DNA of 64,000 nucleotides. Origin: an uncultured Clostridia bacterium. GTDB taxonomy: Bacteria > Bacillota > Clostridia > UMGS1883 > UMGS1540. Positions within the stretch are counted from its first letter, which is position 1; the number at the start of each line of letters is the position of its first letter. Position numbers and translations under genes: made by a program. The notes beneath the pieces are model-generated. The model was not told where the DNA came from and searched no databases. It saw only the letters and a program-made list of their open reading frames with translations. The stretch is from the NCBI GenBank assembly GCA_937966555.1, contig CALCLY010000036.1, positions 122,116 to 186,115 of the forward strand, written 5' to 3'. Positions 56,413 to 64,000 of this stretch are shown in pieces.

Positions 56413-58755
56413 ATGTTTGATATTGTCTTTAAACAAATGACAAATGAATATGAGCCATGCTATACATGGCTTTGGAATACAAAAATCACTCGATACGGAA
56501 TAAAAAAAAGAATTGATGAAATGCATGAAACAGGCATAAAATCATTTTACGTGTTGGGGGAACCGAAAAATTTCCGACCGCAAAAAAGAAAAACCTTCCT
56601 TGAGCCGGACTATTTGTCGGATGAATACATAGAATTGCTGCGCTATGCCATCGGGTATGCGAAGAAAAAAGGTATGCGCTGCTGGCTTTACAACGAAGGA
56701 GGATTCCCTTCGGGCATGGCGGCGGGGAAAATAGTCTCAACAGATCCAAGCCTGCGGAAAAAGGGGATTTCGGTACGGGAAACAAATGTAAGCAAGGGCG
56801 AAAAATACAAACCGCATGAAAGGCTTATCAGCGCTTTTTTTGAAAATTCAAGGATAAAGGAAGATTTTGTTTTTCCGCGCGACGGAGCCGTTTGTGAATA
56901 TACAGCCTGCGAAAAGCGAGAAATATCGGCATGGTGCGATGAGAAGCAGGCAGATATTGCAGATGAGAAAACAACCGCGCTGTTTTTGAAGGTCACGCAC
57001 GAAAGGCTTTTAAAGGGCTTGGGCGATGAGAATATGCGCCGCTGCCTTTATCTGTTTGACGATGAATCAAACATGGGCGGCTGGTCGGAGGGCTTTGAAG
57101 TCTTGTTTATGAACAAATACGGATATGACATTGCCGGTTTCATGCCATATATATGCGGAAAAAAGAAAAAAGGAAACGAAAATGATAAAAAGGCAAAAGC
57201 GGATTACGAAATGCTTTGCGGAGAGCTGCAAAACGTCAATTATTTCCTCAAAATGAAGCGGTGGCTCAATAAACACGGCATGAAAAGCGTCGGACACCTT
57301 GATAAGGATAACGAAACAGACGGCTTTATGCAGCTGCATTACGGCAATTCTCTTAAAATACTGAGAAGCTTTGATGTGCCCGGAATAGATGTTATATGGG
57401 GGCAGATAACATATCCGAAGGATGAAAAATGCTGCTTTGAAGGGTATGAATTCTTTCCGCTTATTGCGTCCTCGGCATCAAGGCAAAACGGAAGCAATGA
57501 AGCGCTGTCTGAAACCTTTGCGGTATACGGCTCGCAGCTTAATGCCGAGGAAATGCGCTTTGTTATTAATTATCAGGCGGTAAGAGGAATCAATATTTTT
57601 AATTTTATGACCATGTCATACGAAAAGAAGGGCATTTTGCCGTTTCAGTACAGACCGAGCTTTATCCCCGAAAACCCGGGCTGCGAATGCCTTTCGGAAA
57701 TAAACGGGTATACCGCAAGACTTTCATATCTCATGAGAAGCGGAAATGCCGTAATCGATACGGCGCTTTACTATCCCTTCAGAACAATATGCGCAGGGGG
57801 AGAAGAAGCCGAAAAAGCAAAAGAAAGCTTTGAAAAAAAGGGGCTTATGCTGGAAAGAGCGGGGATATGCTTTGACCTGGTCGACGAGGAATATCTTAAA
57901 AGCCCTAAAAAGCCCGTAGAATACAAAAATATATATGTTCCGTTTGCTCCGCTTGAAACAGATGAAACGAAGGCCTTGCTTTCAAAGTATAAGGCGTGTG
58001 CCGAGCCGCTGATAAAGTGCGAAAACTTCGTCAGATGCAGAGCGGTGGAAAACGGAGGCGAGAGACTTTATTTTGTCACAAACGAGAGCGGCGTGAGAAA
58101 GAAAACGGAAATTGTACTGCCCGAGAACAGAAACGTATACGAGATTAATTTGCGTGACGGCAAAATTTACGGCGTGAAGTGCAAAGCTGCGGATAACGGT
58201 GTAAAAATTACGATTGATGCTTACAGGGGAGAGGGAAAGATGTTTCTTTGTACCGACAGAAGCATAGATGCGGTGAATGTAAAAACAGAAGAACCCGTAA
58301 CCCTTATTTGCGGCAGCGCCCATATTTTAAGAAGATACACGGTTGAAAACGGAGCCGTAAACAAAAAAGTAAACGAAAAAACGGTATTGGGCTATGCTCC
58401 GAAGGATTTTTCGGGAGAAATAAAATATTCGCTTAAACTGCCCGGTGAAATTGAGGAGGGAGAGTATTATATAGAGCTTGATGAGCCGAGATATTTTGTT
58501 AAAGCATATAAAAACGGCGGAAAAATCGCAGAGGTAACAATGCCTCCTTATATAATTAAAACATTCTTAAAGCCGGGAGACGAGCTTGATTTCCTTGTAT
58601 CAAATACGGCTGCAAACGCCTGTGCGGCTACGGATTTTTTTGATAATATCCCGCCCGATAAGCTTGGCAGCTACAGTGCGGATATGATAAAGCGCGAAAG
58701 AAAAGCCCTGTGCGGAGGGTTTGGCGGCAGAGTTATGCTGTACAAAATCATTTAA
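56413..58755 (+). CDS. putative glycoside-hydrolase-like protein (780 aa, cytoplasmic)
   Basis: The N-terminal TIM-barrel-like pattern (…GIKSFYVLGEP…WLYNEGGFPSG…) is reminiscent of GH enzymes. The family is not resolved. Confidence 0.35.
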   Translation: MFDIVFKQMTNEYEPCYTWLWNTKITRYGIKKRIDEMHETGIKSFYVLGEPKNFRPQKRKTFLEPDYLSDEYIELLRYAIGYAKKKGMRCWLYNEGGFPSGMAAGKIVSTDPSLRKKGISVRETNVSKGEKYKPHERLISAFFENSRIKEDFVFPRDGAVCEYTACEKREISAWCDEKQADIADEKTTALFLKVTHERLLKGLGDENMRRCLYLFDDESNMGGWSEGFEVLFMNKYGYDIAGFMPYICGKKKKGNENDKKAKADYEMLCGELQNVNYFLKMKRWLNKHGMKSVGHLDKDNETDGFMQLHYGNSLKILRSFDVPGIDVIWGQITYPKDEKCCFEGYEFFPLIASSASRQNGSNEALSETFAVYGSQLNAEEMRFVINYQAVRGINIFNFMTMSYEKKGILPFQYRPSFIPENPGCECLSEINGYTARLSYLMRSGNAVIDTALYYPFRTICAGGEEAEKAKESFEKKGLMLERAGICFDLVDEEYLKSPKKPVEYKNIYVPFAPLETDETKALLSKYKACAEPLIKCENFVRCRAVENGGERLYFVTNESGVRKKTEIVLPENRNVYEINLRDGKIYGVKCKAADNGVKITIDAYRGEGKMFLCTDRSIDAVNVKTEEPVTLICGSAHILRRYTVENGAVNKKVNEKTVLGYAPKDFSGEIKYSLKLPGEIEEGEYYIELDEPRYFVKAYKNGGKIAEVTMPPYIIKTFLKPGDELDFLVSNTAANACAATDFFDNIPPDKLGSYSADMIKRERKALCGGFGGRVMLYKII

Positions 58756-58845
58756 ATACAGAAATTTCATTTTTAGCTTTAAATTAAAAGCATAAAGAGA
58801 GGGTGGTGCAAAACGAAATTGCAATCACCCTCTTTAATATATTTA

Positions 58846-58925
58846 TTATTTTTCGCTGACGATTCTTAAAGTTTCTCTTGCTATGGCAAGCTCCTCTTTT
58901 GTCAGAGAAAGAAGGAAAACGAATG
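58846..58925 (-). pseudogene. 3'-terminal fragment of an acetate kinase gene (…VFLLSLTKEELAIARETLRIVSEK*)
   Basis: 41-nt stretch 58862-58902 is 38/41 identical to ackA 3' end 7990-8030. The translated 22 aa align to the AckA C-terminus. No upstream gene body is present. Confidence 0.5.
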
Positions 58926-59008
58926 GCTGCAAAAATACAGACTTGCGCATCAAGCGTATGCCCCCTCGGGCAGGGGCGGGCAAACGAGATGTTCAAAACT
59001 GTATATCT

Positions 59009-59176
59009 GTAATCCTGAAATCAGTACACTCCGACAGAATAAAGGAAAATATTGATATTTTCGATTTTGTTCTTACAGATGAAGAAATGAGCGCACTTTT
59101 GGCGCTTGATACCGCAAAACCGATGATTGGAAAAGCCGAAAACTCCGAAACAACTGAATTTGCAATGACATGGTAA
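59009..59176 (+). pseudogene. 3'-terminal fragment of an aldo/keto reductase gene (…VILKSVHSDRIKENIDIFDFVLTDEEMSALLALDTAKPMIGKAENSETTEFAMTW*)
   Basis: This matches the conserved AKR C-terminus (IPKS..R..EN...FDF.L..EEM..L..L). The tool ORF 58883-59176 has an unrelated N-terminal part. Confidence 0.5.
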
Positions 59177-59411
59177 AATCTTTCTTTACTCTAAAACAAC
59201 TTGCCGATTGATAGCTTATCGTTTTTCGGCAGGTTACACGAGTTTTCTGTTCCAGGCGAAAAAGAAGTATGTTTGAATATTGTTATTGACTTAAAGATTC
59301 CCGGGTATGCCCCAAGTATGCTTTACAGTTCAAGCAAGACTTGAAAAACAGAGAAAAGGAAGATAAAAAGAAAAATACGAACAATCATAAAAATGAAAGT
59401 TCGTATTTAGA

Positions 59412-59503
59412 TGGCGGAGAAGGAGAGATTCGAACTCTCGCACCGGTTTCCCAGCCTACTCCCTTAGCAGGGGAGCCCCTTCGACCTACTTGGGTACTTC
59501 TCC
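59412..59503 (-). tRNA. tRNA-Ser (anticodon GCT), type II
   Basis: Reverse-complement sequence GGAGAAGTACCCAAGT...anticodon loop CTGCTAA...GGTTCGAATCTCTCCTTCTCCGCCA. Confidence 0.85.
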
Positions 59504-59531
59504 GTATGTGTTAAGTTTTAAAAGAGAATGT

Positions 59532-59618
59532 TTGGCGGAGAAGGTGGGATTCGAACCCACGGCTCTTTCGAGTCACTGGTTTTCAAGACCAGCTCCTTAA
59601 ACCGCTCGGACACCTCTC
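59532..59618 (-). tRNA. tRNA-Ser (anticodon TGA), type II
   Basis: Reverse-complement sequence GGAGAGGTGTCCGAGCGG...anticodon loop CTTGAAA...GGTTCGAATCCCACCTTCTCCGCCA. Confidence 0.85.
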
Positions 59619-59768
59619 CGCGTTGAGTTTAACAGCATATATTATTATAACAAAACGAAAACAGTTTGTCAAGAGTTTTTTAGAAAAAAATGCATTTTTC
59701 AAAAAAATAATATAAAAGAGTGTCATATACGCTTTACTTGCATATAATAAAAAAGGCGGTGATTAAAC

Positions 59769-60446
59769 ATGCGCAGGTACATACACAGACGGCGCAGATT
59801 GCGCACGGCGTTAATTTGCGCCGTGCTGTGCGTTTCGGTATTTGGGGTTTTGACGCTTTTTGAATTTCGTGTGAGACCCATAATAACTGAGGTAGCAGTT
59901 TCGCGTGCCAAAAATACGGCGGTGCGCGTTATATCGGACGTTGTTAACGATACAATGAGCAAGATTTCCGTAAATTATACCGACCTTGTACAATTCCAAA
60001 AAAACGGCTCGGAAAACATAACGGCGGTTACGGCAAATATTGTTGAAATCAACAAGCTTAAATCAACTTTGACATCTAAAATCGAGGAAAAAATATCCGA
60101 TATCGATTCCATGACGGCGAGAATTCCGCTCGGAAATCTTTTGGGGCAAAGCGCTCTTACAGGATTGGGGCCGAAAATAAAAATTAAGATGATTCCGGTC
60201 GGATATGCCGTGGTTAACATTCAAAATGAGTTCACGGAGGCAGGAATTAATCAGACAAAACATAAAATTTTTCTGAAAGCCGGCTGTACAATATCTGTGC
60301 TGCTTCCGATTTCGTCTTGTTCGGCATTTGTTGAAACCGAAATTCCGATTGCCGAAACAATAATTGTGGGAGCGGTTCCGGATACGTATACGCATGTTAC
60401 GGGGCAGGAGGATCCAAATGATTCCGTACTTAATATGCTGCCTTAA
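59769..60446 (+). CDS. yunB: sporulation protein YunB
   Basis: 225 aa with an N-terminal TM. YunB-family pattern (…IITEVAVSRAKNTAVRVISDVVND…GLGPKIKIKMIPVG…). The upstream sequence gtCATATAcgctttacttgCATATAAT resembles a SigE-type promoter. Confidence 0.6.
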   Translation: MRRYIHRRRRLRTALICAVLCVSVFGVLTLFEFRVRPIITEVAVSRAKNTAVRVISDVVNDTMSKISVNYTDLVQFQKNGSENITAVTANIVEINKLKSTLTSKIEEKISDIDSMTARIPLGNLLGQSALTGLGPKIKIKMIPVGYAVVNIQNEFTEAGINQTKHKIFLKAGCTISVLLPISSCSAFVETEIPIAETIIVGAVPDTYTHVTGQEDPNDSVLNMLP

Positions 60447-60638
60447 TTAAAGACCCGCTAAAATGAACGCTGCAACAAGAGGATGGCTGACCGTCTTTGA
60501 TACGGACGTGGATAGTCCAAGAAAGGAGTCGTCAGACCAATTACTCCTCTTATTGTAGCTTAGGCAAGAGACGGAGTAAAGCATATCCGGCTGATATGCT
60601 TTACCCACAAATATATTGTAACAGAAAAGGAGATATTT

Positions 60639-61910
60639 ATGCAGGAACTGAAACGAGGCGACAGAGGAGCATATGTGTATATGCTTCAGCTTGCACTGCA
60701 AAGAAGCGGATATTTAAGCGCGCGCAAGGACGGGATTTTCGGGCCTGTGACGGAAAATGCGCTGCGCGGATTTCAAAGCGCGTTTATGATTCCCGTAACG
60801 GGAACGGCGGACGAAAAAACATGGAGATATTTAAACGACTTTATTCGAGGTTATGTAAAATACCGCGTAAAGCCGGGAGATACTCTTTTTAAAATTGCGG
60901 AGAAAAACTTTACAACAGTAAAAAGCATTGTCACGGCAAATTCACTGAAAAATCCGGATATGATAGAGGCAGGACAAACGCTTGTCGTGCCGTTCCGTTT
61001 CGACGTTGTGCCGTTTGACGTACCGTATACTTATGAACTTACAAACCTTTTGTGCGAGGGAATCTCTGGGCGTTACTCGTTTGTTGAGCTGAAGGAAAGC
61101 GGAAGGAGCGTTGAGGGGAAGCGGCTTAATCTTTTTGAAATGGGCAAAAAGGGGAGAAGTGTGTTTGTTAACGCTTCGCACCATGCCAATGAGTGGATTA
61201 CAACGCCGCTGGTGCTGAAGTTTTTGGAAAGATATGCCGCTTCATATGCAAACAGTGACAGCATAGAAGGTTTTAATGCGTCGCGGCTTTTCGAAAACAG
61301 CCGCCTTTACATGATGCCGCTTGTAAATCCGGACGGGGTAGACCTTGTAAACGGCGTGGCGGATGGTACGTATTTGGCAAATGCATGCAAAATAGCCGAG
61401 GCTTATCCGAACATACGTTTTCCCGAAGGGTGGAAAGCCAATATAGAAGGGACGGATTTAAATCTGAATTATCCGGCAGAGTGGGAAAAAGCAAAGAGAA
61501 TAAAATACGGACTGGGCTTTAAAACGCCGGCGCCGCGTGATTTTGTGGGGGAAAACCCACTTTCTGCGCCCGAAAGCCGCAGCGTTTATAATCTCACAAA
61601 ATCGGAAAATTTTGTATTTACAATTTCATATCATACGCAGGGTGAGGAAATTTATTACACATTTCAGGGTCAAACACCGCCGGGCGGACGTTTTTATGGG
61701 GAAGAATTTGCACGCCTGAGCGGCTACCTACTGGCAGACGCTCCGTATAACTCTTCTTTTGCCGGATATAAGGACTGGGTGATTCAGGACTACAATGTGC
61801 CCTCTTATACGATTGAAGCCGGAAAGGGCGAAAATCCGCTTCCGCTTTCGGAACTTCCGCTTATGTATCGTGATAATGCGGGGATAATGGCATATGCATT
61901 GTCGCTTTGA
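60639..61910 (+). CDS. M14-family gamma-D-glutamyl-L-diamino-acid endopeptidase with N-terminal peptidoglycan-binding and LysM domains (YqgT-like)
   Basis: PG_binding_1 (RGDRGAYVYMLQLALQRSGYL), LysM (YRVKPGDTLFKIAEKNFTTVKSIVTAN), M14 zinc ligands (HHANEW...) and SYHTQGEEIYY. Confidence 0.7.
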   Translation: MQELKRGDRGAYVYMLQLALQRSGYLSARKDGIFGPVTENALRGFQSAFMIPVTGTADEKTWRYLNDFIRGYVKYRVKPGDTLFKIAEKNFTTVKSIVTANSLKNPDMIEAGQTLVVPFRFDVVPFDVPYTYELTNLLCEGISGRYSFVELKESGRSVEGKRLNLFEMGKKGRSVFVNASHHANEWITTPLVLKFLERYAASYANSDSIEGFNASRLFENSRLYMMPLVNPDGVDLVNGVADGTYLANACKIAEAYPNIRFPEGWKANIEGTDLNLNYPAEWEKAKRIKYGLGFKTPAPRDFVGENPLSAPESRSVYNLTKSENFVFTISYHTQGEEIYYTFQGQTPPGGRFYGEEFARLSGYLLADAPYNSSFAGYKDWVIQDYNVPSYTIEAGKGENPLPLSELPLMYRDNAGIMAYALSL

Positions 61911-61940
61911 TTTTGGGTTATAATATCTGCGGAGGTAGGT

Positions 61941-62096
61941 ATGGCTGAAATAAAAAAACACAAAAAGATACTGAAGGAAAACGAAACGCTTGCGCTTGCC
62001 GAGAGAAAGCATACGGACAAACGAAGCAAGGCTTCGCGCCCGTCGGAAGAAAATGTTGAAAATATGCGCGAGTGGTCAATAGAAAAAAAGCTGTGA
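61941..62096 (+). CDS. possible small basic protein (51 aa)
   Basis: ATG with a GGAGG RBS 7 nt upstream. The ORF is below the 60-aa tool cutoff. It is followed by a strong terminator. Confidence 0.25.
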   Translation: MAEIKKHKKILKENETLALAERKHTDKRSKASRPSEENVENMREWSIEKKL

Positions 62097-62238
62097 AAAA
62101 AGGGGATGTTAAAAAACTCCGGAACGCAAGCAAATTTCTCCTCTCGACGTACCCATGTACGCCTTCGGGTATCCCAAACTTTAGTTTTGGCTCAGTTTGC
62201 CGATTCCAAAGCTTTTTTCCTATCCCCTTGAAAAAATG

Positions 62239-62284
62239 GGCTGCTTAAAAAGTCAACCGACTTTTTAAACAGCCCGCTTTTTTA
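62239..62284. terminator. bidirectional intrinsic terminator: GGGCTG-cttAAAAAGTC-aacc-GACTTTTTaaa-CAGCCC + GCTTTTTT
   Basis: Nested perfect stems are read directly. T-runs occur on both strands. The last codons of the minus-strand DUF3815 gene lie within it. Confidence 0.7.
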
Positions 62285-62714
62285 TAAACTTGGATATTAT
62301 AAGATTAAATACAAGTTTTGAAACGACAAGACCTACGGCAATCGCGCCGCCTATTTTTACTGTATAAAGCAAATTGCTTAAAAAACTTGCGTTTTCACCG
62401 CGGAGAAAATCCTCCATGGTATAAAATATTCTTGCTCCCGGTACGAGCGGCACCATACCGATTATAAGATACAGCGTTACGGGAACTTTGCGCAGGCGCG
62501 CAAGTATTTCTGCCTGAAGACCGAGGGCCGCCGCAGCAAAAAGATATTGCATTATATCGGTTTCGAACATTCCGCCGAAAAGCAGATATACAAGCCACGA
62601 GAGCATTCCGCAAAGCCCGGAAAGAAATACATCAGCTCCTCTCACGTTAAAAAGAAAGCAAAAGCCGCATGAGCCGAAAAAAGCATAAAGACACGGCAAA
62701 ACAAATTCCTGCAT
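62265..62714 (-). CDS. threonine/serine exporter family protein, small subunit (DUF3815-type)
   Basis: 149 aa with four TM helices. Adjacent to a ThrE-type (DUF1212) gene. Confidence 0.55.
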   Translation of the reverse strand: MQEFVLPCLYAFFGSCGFCFLFNVRGADVFLSGLCGMLSWLVYLLFGGMFETDIMQYLFAAAALGLQAEILARLRKVPVTLYLIIGMVPLVPGARIFYTMEDFLRGENASFLSNLLYTVKIGGAIAVGLVVSKLVFNLIISKFIKKRAV

Positions 62715-62726
62715 AAAAAATCACCT

Positions 62727-63533
62727 CTACATAATAACGATTGCCGCCGCAACGCCCACAGCGATTGCGGTTGCGGTGACGAGTGCTTCCGTAAGCCGCA
62801 GAAAACCCGAGAGATAGTCCTTGGCAAGAAAATCGCGCATACTGTTTGTTATGGCGATGCCGGGCACCAGCGTCATCAAAACACCGATTATAATTTTTGT
62901 CCCGTCTATATAAGGAACACGCATTTCAACGGAAAACGATATAAGAGCCGTTACGGCGCTGCACACAATAATTCCTGTAAAGACTCCGCCGCCGATTCGC
63001 CGCAGAAGTATATCTATAATGCAAGTCAGAATTCCGACAAAGAATGCAACCACACCGGCAGGTGCATTTCCGCCGAAAAACATTGCAAACGAGGCGGAAA
63101 TTATTCCGTATCCGAATATGCGCATATACTGTGGATAAACGGGGCTTGTTTTTATTTTTTTGATTTCCTCTTCCACTTCCGCACGGGATGGGGTGCATAC
63201 GCATATTCGGCGTGAAAGTGAATTAAGCATGCATATTTTGTCGAAATCATAGCTGTAGCCTTTCACACGCCATGTTTCGGTACGGCTTTGCCCCGCTGTA
63301 TTGTATACGGTCACGGTTATATTTGAACCTATGGCAAAAACATGTGAGCCGTGAACGCCGTCATACGAAGCGCATATTCTTGAAATGGTGTCCTCAACGC
63401 GCTGAATTTCGGCACCGCAGCGAAGGAGATTAAATCCGACGCTCATGGCAATATAAAGCACATCATCGAGAACGGTAAGCTTTGTTTGTTCCATTTTTTT
63501 CTCCCAAATATAAATCTTTTTATATTTTAGCAC
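62727..63533 (-). CDS. threonine/serine exporter family protein (ThrE/DUF1212-type)
   Basis: 268 aa. An N-terminal cytoplasmic domain is followed by TM helices. The pattern …DDVLYIAMSVGFNLLRCGAEIQRVEDTISRI… is typical of the family. Confidence 0.6.
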   Translation of the reverse strand: MLKYKKIYIWEKKMEQTKLTVLDDVLYIAMSVGFNLLRCGAEIQRVEDTISRICASYDGVHGSHVFAIGSNITVTVYNTAGQSRTETWRVKGYSYDFDKICMLNSLSRRICVCTPSRAEVEEEIKKIKTSPVYPQYMRIFGYGIISASFAMFFGGNAPAGVVAFFVGILTCIIDILLRRIGGGVFTGIIVCSAVTALISFSVEMRVPYIDGTKIIIGVLMTLVPGIAITNSMRDFLAKDYLSGFLRLTEALVTATAIAVGVAAAIVIM

Positions 63534-63623
63534 ATTAAAGTGATTTTGGCAACATGTTTAAAATAAATTGAATAAAAAATTTATGTTTGGCTATACTTAT
63601 TGACAGAAAGGAAGGTGAAGAGA

Positions 63624-63806
63624 ATGACACCAAAAGAGCTTTTGTACGTGGAAGATTCTCTTAATATGGAAAGCCAGCTTGCAACAAAATGTAATGACTA
63701 TGCAAGCAAGGTCAGTGATACGGTATTAAAAACAACGCTTACGGAATTGGCGGCACAGCATGCACAGCATTATAATTTGCTGCTTTCGCAGCTTGGAAAA
63801 TGGTAG
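63624..63806 (+). CDS. small spore-coat-protein-like protein (CotF-associated), 60 aa from Met at 63624
   Basis: The RBS AAGGAAGG precedes ATG 63624. It is paired with the following CotF-like gene. Confidence 0.35.
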   Translation: MTPKELLYVEDSLNMESQLATKCNDYASKVSDTVLKTTLTELAAQHAQHYNLLLSQLGKW

Positions 63807-63819
63807 AAAGGGGTAAATT

Positions 63820-64000
63820 ATGAACGAAATAAAGCAGAATATGAGCGACAGGGAGTATATGGATGATATTCTTCTGACAAGTAAAACACTTTCGGCAATG
63901 TATCATTATGCAGTGCAGGAATCATCTACAAACGATGTACACACAAACTTTAAAAATATACTGAATGATTCTTTGGATATGCAGCACAGGATTTTTTCAC
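63820..64000 (+). CDS. spore coat protein, CotF-like (partial, continues past window end)
   Basis: MNEIKQNMSDREYMDDILLTSKTLSAMYHYAVQES...NFKNILNDSL matches the Coat-F domain pattern. Confidence 0.45.
   Translation, partial: MNEIKQNMSDREYMDDILLTSKTLSAMYHYAVQESSTNDVHTNFKNILNDSLDMQHRIFS

Overview
This window reads as a Clostridia-type Firmicutes chromosome segment: ackA-pta, SLH-anchored surface proteins, sporulation genes (yunB, CotF-like coat proteins, an M14 cortex-type peptidase) and three tRNA-Ser genes. From left to right it contains the following.

(1) 1-7.9 kb: an integrated mobilizable element. It carries a partial tyrosine recombinase at the window edge, a sigma-70 factor, MobC, a MobA/VirD2-type relaxase, a ParB-like protein and a TnpX-like large serine recombinase. 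It ends against the 3' end of ackA.

(2) 8-14.1 kb: ackA-pta, then a PH/zinc-ribbon-extended ABC exporter with a DUF1854-like partner, a DarA-like c-di-AMP receptor, tadA and tRNA-Ser(CGA).

(3) 14.1-25.1 kb: an AT-rich island at tRNA-Ser. It holds a truncated element gene, a complete Type I R-M operon (hsdM, then an hsdS with an unusual ~215-aa Panacea-like C-terminal extension, then hsdR) preceded by an Arch-ATPase/DUF234-like ATPase, and decayed mobile-element genes (Xis-like and HTH genes; one gene split by a single in-frame TAA).

(4) 25.5-45.9 kb: about 20 kb of minus-strand genes that look co-oriented and operon-like. It begins (in transcription order) with two small zinc-ribbon proteins and a ~1.3 kaa secreted protein that is extraordinarily cysteine-rich (tandem CxxCxxC arrays). 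These are followed by a second ~1.1 kaa secreted protein, a ydjGHI-like zinc-ribbon/TPM/SPFH membrane module, and SLH/LRR surface proteins. A 1065-aa SLH protein in this stretch carries a ~543-bp perfect internal duplication and a poly-Gly linker.

(5) 46-58.8 kb: an orphan solute-binding protein with a membrane LuxR-type regulator, an AraC regulator, secreted CAZyme-like proteins and a Gfo/Idh/MocA oxidoreductase.

(6) 58.85-59.6 kb: a scar made of an ackA 3' fragment (38/41 nt identical to the intact ackA 3' end 50.9 kb upstream) and an aldo/keto-reductase 3' fragment, next to a tandem tRNA-Ser pair.

(7) 59.7-64 kb: sporulation and exporter genes.

No CRISPR array was seen. The most novel candidates are the giant Cys-rich secreted protein with its zinc-ribbon operon, and the HsdS-Panacea-like fusion.
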